A program made the translations under genes and the position numbers. This document shows positions 27,598 through 32,000 of a stretch of DNA of 32,000 nucleotides, in pieces (positions within the stretch are counted from its first letter, which is position 1; each line of letters begins with the position of its first letter). Origin of the DNA: Candidatus Electronema halotolerans (GTDB taxonomy: Bacteria > Desulfobacterota > Desulfobulbia > Desulfobulbales > Desulfobulbaceae); the NCBI GenBank assembly GCA_942493095.1, contig OW818675.1, positions 1,050,001 to 1,082,000 of the forward strand. The letters are read 5' to 3'. The notes beneath the pieces were generated by a model, which was given only the letters and a program-made list of their open reading frames with translations, had not been told where the DNA came from and did not search any database.

Positions 27598-27847
27598 AGA
27601 GTGCGGCCTCCTCTTTCCGGGAGCGGCGGACTGAGATGATGCGCAGCCGTCCGTTCCGCCGCGTGACAACAGCCGACCAATGCTTTCCGTCCATTTTGCC
27701 GATGATCAGAAAGCGCGGCTCATCAACGCAGCGGGCTGGAATTTCGATCAAATCAAGGTCATTCCAGAGAGCCTGCGCCTCAATGAAATCAATCCCGTGC
27801 TTTTCCTTATTGGCTGCGCTTTTCTGCGGGTCAAATTCAAAGTCCAT
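27587..27847 (-). CDS. brnT: BrnT-type ribonuclease toxin
   Basis: FEFDPQKSAANKEKHGIDFIEAQALWNDLDLIEIPA...RFLIIGKMDGKHWSAVVTRRNGRLRIISVRRSRKEEAALY. Confidence 0.88.
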   Translation of the reverse strand: MDFEFDPQKSAANKEKHGIDFIEAQALWNDLDLIEIPARCVDEPRFLIIGKMDGKHWSAVVTRRNGRLRIISVRRSRKEEAALYEG

Positions 27848-27849
27848 AA

Positions 27850-27886
27850 GTATAATAATTATACCTTAAAAGGACATTTTGTCCAA
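27850..27886 (-). promoter_or_regulatory. brnTA promoter and operator palindromes
   Basis: On the minus strand: -35 TTGGAC (27886-27881), 17 nt spacer, -10 TATAAT (27863-27858). Palindromes GGACA-TTT-TGTCC (27872-27884) and GTATAAT-A-ATTATAC (27850-27864) overlap it. Confidence 0.75.
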
Positions 27887-27909
27887 TGCGGACTTGTCTT
27901 CGCCAGATT

Positions 27910-28673
27910 TTTCTAAGCTGCCTGTGCGGCAGTGAATCCGTCAAAATCTGCGAGCTGCTGCAAGACAGTCTCAAAGCCATTCCCTTTCTAAGCTGCCTGT
28001 GCGGCAGTAAACGCGCTGATCGAAGCGGCAAAAAAGATGCTACTTTTCTAAGCTGCCTGTGCGGCAGTAAGCTACTGCGATGCGGCAATCTCCAAGATCA
28101 TCAATTTCTAAGCTGCCTGTGCGGCAGTGAAGAATCATGTCGCCGAAATCAACCACGTCTTTCCTTTCTAAGCTGCCTGTGCGGCAGTGAAGCACGATGA
28201 CTTTCCGGGCCTGCACAGCAGCCCTTTCTAAGCTGCCTGTGCGGCAGTGAAGGTGCTGGTTTTGCAGCTTTAACCCGGACTGCATTTTCTAAGCTGCCTG
28301 TGCGGCAGTGAATTTGGCTTTCCGGTTTTTGGGTCAACCTGCGCATTTCTAAGCTGCCTGTGCGGCAGTGAATTAGCGCGACCGGGCAAGCAGCAGGTCA
28401 GGGTTTTTCTAAGCTGCCTGTGCGGCAGTGAATCCAGTCTCCAGCCACGCTTCCTGCTCTTTTGCTTTCTAAGCTGCCTGTGCGGCAGTAAACTTCGCAA
28501 CGGCGCGTGGAATCAGCGGGATAACTTTCTAAGCTGCCTGTGCGGCAGTGAAGTCCGGCTACACGCTGGACGGCACGACTGTGGCTTTCTAAGCTGCCTG
28601 TGCGGCAGTGAACACGGATCAGCTACAATGTGCAGAAGGTGTTTCTTTCTAAGCTGCCTGTGCGGCAGTAAGC
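27910..28673 (-). CRISPR. Type I-F CRISPR array, 13 repeats / 12 spacers
   Basis: Repeat core TTTCTAAGCTGCCTGTGCGGCAGTGAA on the plus strand (crRNA sense TTCACTGCCGCACAGGCAGCTTAGAAA, hairpin CTGCC-GCACA-GGCAG). Repeat starts: 27910, 27985, 28045, 28105, 28165, 28225, 28286, 28346, 28406, 28466, 28526, 28586, 28646. Confidence 0.97.
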
Positions 28674-28677
28674 AAGA

Positions 28678-28706
28678 AGTTTAACATGAAGCTGTTCAGT
28701 TGTCAA
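28678..28706 (-). promoter_or_regulatory. Putative pre-crRNA promoter adjoining the array
   Basis: Minus strand TTGACA (28706-28701), 17 nt spacer, TAAACT (28683-28678), ending 5 bp before the leader-proximal repeat. Confidence 0.5.
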
Positions 28707-28721
28707 AGATCATGACAGATG

Positions 28722-31712
28722 CTACAGTGCTTGATGTGCGCCAACGTCCTGATGATACATCCATTTGCCAATGTCGCTCAACTGCCGCAGCCGCAACACG
28801 CCAAATCTGCGACAGACATCCGCCAGCTCCATGTCCAGCTTTTTCGCCAGCCTCCGCAGCTCAACCGACAGATCGCAGCTGCCCCAAGTTAAAACACCAT
28901 CCGCACATTCCAGCTCGATTCGTTCAAACTCATTCTCGCACGGAATCAAGCTGTTGTCGCGCTCATTCACTTTCTTGAATGCCAGCTCGTCATCTTCATC
29001 ATCAGCATACAGCAGATATTCAAAATCAGGCTCAGATTTACGGAACGGCGTGCGTCGTTGCAGCTCATAACACCATGTCGCCTGCTTCTCCCACCACAAC
29101 GCCGCGTATTTCTGCTTTGCTCCCGCACCAAACAGCTCTGCTTCAAGGTGAACGTGTTCAAGATCAGCAAGATTTCCCCTCGCATCCAACGGCTCACGCT
29201 CGATGATGCGCGGAATTGAACTGACACGCTCAAGCTGACTGCTGAAATCAAGCAGCTCGCGCAGATCATGGCTTCTCAATGCAAATTCCGGCTGTCTTGA
29301 TTCAAAGCCGGGATGGCAATATGCCGGACGCTCTCCGGTCATCGCTCTGTAGTTTTTGCTGAGAACCAGCAGATTCGGCGTGCTTGGTGCCTTTCCCTGC
29401 CGGTGCCGCCGGATGCGCCCGGCCAGCTGAATCAGCGAGCGCATCGAGCTGGGTTCCGCAACCGCCCAGTCGTAATCATGATCACGCCCCACTTCCGCCA
29501 CCGGGCTGGCGAGAACCACGAAAATCTGATCCTCTTCCGGGAAGCTGTCCAAAGCCGCCCGGACAGCAGGATGCCGCCAGATTGCCTGCTCGTCCTTGCG
29601 GTTCAGCACCTCGTCCAGCATCCGCTCCATCGCCGAACGCACCGCAAGCGGGTGCTGGCTGTGATAGACGCAATAATGCAGATGATGCCCGGCGGGCGGC
29701 GGCATGGTCAGCAGCTCTTTGGCAACAGCGGCCAGCGGCCTGATGTTCGCCATCCGCACCAAGCCGACTGAAATCTTTCGGCCCGCATCCTGTCCTGCGC
29801 CGCTTTGCCCATGCTCATCGTGCAGTCGAAAGACAACCCCGTGTATTGCCTCGGCCAGCGCGCGCACTGCTGCTGCCGGAGCCAGCTTCTCCCCGCTCAC
29901 CGGCAGCAGCGCAGCCCGGCGCATTGGCTCCGCCTTGTTCAGCCGCTCCGCCCGCTGGCAGGCAAACTGCTGATGCGCCTCGGCAAAGCCTTTTTCATCT
30001 GCATGGTCGCTCTGCGCTGCCCGGTCTTCATCAAACCAGGCGCAGCAGACTGCCGGAGGCCAGTCCGGCTGCTCGCCGCAGCTGCGCTGATACACTGTCC
30101 GGCCTGCCAAGTAAGCGGCAAACAAGGCTTTGATCAACGCGGGCGGCAGCGTGGCTGAGGAAATCAGCGCCCGCGAGCCGAGCAGGCCCGCCCAATGCAC
30201 AAGGCGGCAAAGGGCGTGGGTGTCAGCAAGATCAAAATCATCCGGCTCGTCAAGAATCAGATCCGAGGTGAGCAGGCGGAGCATGGGCGCAATCTGTTTG
30301 CCGCCCCGCGCCCCTTCTGTGGCTGGCATCAGATGATCAATCGTGCTGACTAAAATCGGCGCGCTGACCAATTGCAGCAGCTTGGGCGAATGCTTCAGCC
30401 AAAGGCCGATGCGGCTGCCCGCCAAGTCGCCCTCATAGAGCAGATGCTGATCCGCGTCAAAGAGGTCTTCGCCGGATTCCGAGCCGGAGCCGCTGACCTG
30501 CTCCTCCTGCCGCAGCTCATGCAGTTGCCGCACCGCCTGCGAGCCGATCAGCACGGCCAATTCATCTTCCTGAAGACGCAGCCGCTGCCGCAGCGCGTCG
30601 CCGGTCTGCAAGGTCAGGGTGCGCAGACCCAAGGCGATGCTGAAACGGCAGCCGCGCCGTTCGTCCGCCAGCCCGTACATGATCCTGCCGTTGGCAAAGG
30701 TCTTGCCGCAGCCGGTCGATGCCATGTTGATGCCGAAAAAGCCCTGCCGCTCCGAGCGCGTCCGCACCGCGCAGGCTATGTCAAAAGCTGCGTCCTGCCA
30801 GGCAAAGCGGCCTCTGCCGCTCCGCTGCCTGAAGCCCTTGTGCCGGGCGAGAGCAGGGAGATGACGACGGAGCTGCGGCAGCCGCCGCGCCAGCAGCACC
30901 GCGTGATGAGCCACGCCAATCAAGTGCTCGTCCAAGTGCTGCTTTTTCTCGCCAGTCTTGCGGTCAGTATTGGCTAACAGCTTGCATTTCTTGTCCCGCC
31001 AGACTGCGGCAGGCTCATGCGCCGACCAGATGTGATCGCCCAGCATCAGGGCCAGCCGGGCTGTGTGCATGGAAAAGACATCAGCCAGCCAGTCCTTTTC
31101 TCCGCTGAAGAGATCAGGCCGCCGCAAGGCCCGCTTGGCTAATGAGACCGCTGTCTTCTGCCACGTCGAGCTTTTCAGCGGCAATCCCTTGGCAAAGCTC
31201 CAGTTGTCCGCAATTTCCTTTACCTTCCAACTCTCCAAGCACTGAGGAGAATTCCAGCACGGCTCCAAGGCGGCGTTGAGGAATTCATCCGCCCGGCTGA
31301 CTGGCGGCTCTCCCTGCTGACCAGCAGCCTGCAACGGCCACTGCGGCAGCCGGTGGTGCGAGAGTATCAGCCAACCGATAATCCGGGCCAGCGGCTGGCC
31401 CTGCGCCTGCCAGAGCTTGAAGGGCTTGTCTTTGCTGCTCTGGCCAGTGCTGTCGCTGATCAGAGCGGCCAGCAGCACCTGTTCATCAATCTCCTGCGGC
31501 CTGAGCAGCCGCTCCAGCCAGTCCCGGTCAGGCAGCGTTCCGACAAAGGCTTGGAACAGGCGCAAAGACAGCCACTCATGGCGAAAGGCTTCAAAGGACT
31601 TGCCCTTGCCGCGCAGTTTCTTCTGAAACAGGACGTTTGCCTTGCCCAGATCGTGAAACAGCCCGGCCAAGCCTGCCAGCAGGGCGATGTCCTCGCTGAT
31701 ATTGTTGTTCAA
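28722..31712 (-). CDS. cas3: CRISPR-associated nuclease/helicase Cas3, I-F type, without an N-terminal Cas2 domain
   Basis: HD motifs LFHDLGKANVLFQKKL, RHEWLSLRLFQAFVG, LILSHHRLP; helicase motifs MASTGCGKTFANGRIMYGLAD, LILDEPDDFD, LISSATLPPAL, VVLASPVAEVGRDHDYDWAVAEPSSMRSLIQLAGRIRRHRQG. TTG start at 31712 behind AGGAGG. Confidence 0.94.
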   Translation of the reverse strand: MNNNISEDIALLAGLAGLFHDLGKANVLFQKKLRGKGKSFEAFRHEWLSLRLFQAFVGTLPDRDWLERLLRPQEIDEQVLLAALISDSTGQSSKDKPFKLWQAQGQPLARIIGWLILSHHRLPQWPLQAAGQQGEPPVSRADEFLNAALEPCWNSPQCLESWKVKEIADNWSFAKGLPLKSSTWQKTAVSLAKRALRRPDLFSGEKDWLADVFSMHTARLALMLGDHIWSAHEPAAVWRDKKCKLLANTDRKTGEKKQHLDEHLIGVAHHAVLLARRLPQLRRHLPALARHKGFRQRSGRGRFAWQDAAFDIACAVRTRSERQGFFGINMASTGCGKTFANGRIMYGLADERRGCRFSIALGLRTLTLQTGDALRQRLRLQEDELAVLIGSQAVRQLHELRQEEQVSGSGSESGEDLFDADQHLLYEGDLAGSRIGLWLKHSPKLLQLVSAPILVSTIDHLMPATEGARGGKQIAPMLRLLTSDLILDEPDDFDLADTHALCRLVHWAGLLGSRALISSATLPPALIKALFAAYLAGRTVYQRSCGEQPDWPPAVCCAWFDEDRAAQSDHADEKGFAEAHQQFACQRAERLNKAEPMRRAALLPVSGEKLAPAAAVRALAEAIHGVVFRLHDEHGQSGAGQDAGRKISVGLVRMANIRPLAAVAKELLTMPPPAGHHLHYCVYHSQHPLAVRSAMERMLDEVLNRKDEQAIWRHPAVRAALDSFPEEDQIFVVLASPVAEVGRDHDYDWAVAEPSSMRSLIQLAGRIRRHRQGKAPSTPNLLVLSKNYRAMTGERPAYCHPGFESRQPEFALRSHDLRELLDFSSQLERVSSIPRIIEREPLDARGNLADLEHVHLEAELFGAGAKQKYAALWWEKQATWCYELQRRTPFRKSEPDFEYLLYADDEDDELAFKKVNERDNSLIPCENEFERIELECADGVLTWGSCDLSVELRRLAKKLDMELADVCRRFGVLRLRQLSDIGKWMYHQDVGAHQAL

Positions 31713-31749
31713 TCTCTCCGCCTCCTATGGCCCCTATAGGACAATCCAA

Positions 31750-32000
31750 TCAAAACCACGGCACTGTGGCCGTGCTGCTCAGGCCGTAATCCGAGAAACT
31801 GCCCGGCTGCGGGCTGTCCTGCACCCTGCCCTGCTCAATGAAAAGCAAAAACTGCTGGCCAGTGGATGCGCTTCTCAGGCGGACATGCGGCAGCTTGAGC
31901 CGCTCCTCCTCAGTTGCTGCCGCCTTGACTGCCAGCTCGTCCGCACTCAGACGGCCATTGCGCACTGAGCGCCGGTAGAGCCGCTCCGCGCTGCTCTTAG
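31750..32000 (-). CDS. cas6f: Cas6f/Csy4 crRNA endoribonuclease, C-terminal part (5' end outside the window)
   Basis: Minus strand reads KSSAERLYRRSVRNGRLSADELAVKAAATEEERLKLPHVRLRSASTGQQFLLFIEQGRVQDSPQPGSFSDYGLSSTATVPWF, matching Csy4 ERLRRRLMRRH...LPFVTLRSQSTGQHFRLFIRHG...GFTCYGLSKGGFVPWF. Confidence 0.92.
   Translation of the reverse strand, partial: KSSAERLYRRSVRNGRLSADELAVKAAATEEERLKLPHVRLRSASTGQQFLLFIEQGRVQDSPQPGSFSDYGLSSTATVPWF

Noticed and set aside
27886-28500. Track ORFs across the array (27886..28200 +, 28040..28285 -, 28149..28346 -, 28270..28500 -)
   Set aside because: Their repeated FLSCLCGS or LPHRQLRK peptides are translations of the CRISPR repeat and do not represent proteins.
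29313-30977. Long ORFs antisense to cas3
   Set aside because: Low-complexity GC-rich antisense frames over a convincingly coding cas3; no recognisable domain.
27910-32000. Tn7-like CRISPR-associated transposon (I-F3)
   Set aside because: A complete Cas3 nuclease/helicase is present and no tns genes or Tn7 ends are visible; I-F3 systems lack Cas3.

Overview
This window is a GC-rich bacterial chromosomal segment, probably from a Desulfobulbales-like deltaproteobacterium (lineage inferred, not tested). Most of it is densely packed housekeeping genes: rsmE, a PAS/GGDEF/EAL protein, cobO-type adenosyltransferase, a TlpA-like thioredoxin, bioG, a PilT/PilU ATPase, rpsA-ihfB, nadC, amrS, ychF, a PLP aminotransferase, bioC, hisS, an NMO/FabK-like enzyme, pcnB, ispH, beta-carbonic anhydrase and recJ. 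The right end is a defence-type region: a BrnT/BrnA toxin-antitoxin pair, a 13-repeat type I-F CRISPR array, a complete Cas3 of the I-F type and the 3' end of cas6f (csy4), which runs off the window. The most unusual feature is the Cas3. It aligns with I-F Cas2-3 proteins only from the HD domain onward. It starts at a TTG behind a strong Shine-Dalgarno sequence, with an in-frame stop just upstream, so it has no fused Cas2 domain. It also sits between cas6f and the array instead of upstream of csy1. Other points of interest are array irregularities, a compact promoter abutting the first repeat, a near-leaderless brnTA promoter with two palindromes, a small IS30-like inverted-repeat element beside a truncated CZB gene, a novel tandem-repeat protein, a promoter/palindrome unit before a small secreted protein, an rpsA leader hairpin, and a decayed IS481-type transposase fragment. 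All identifications come from reading motifs and recalled family sequences; no database search was run.
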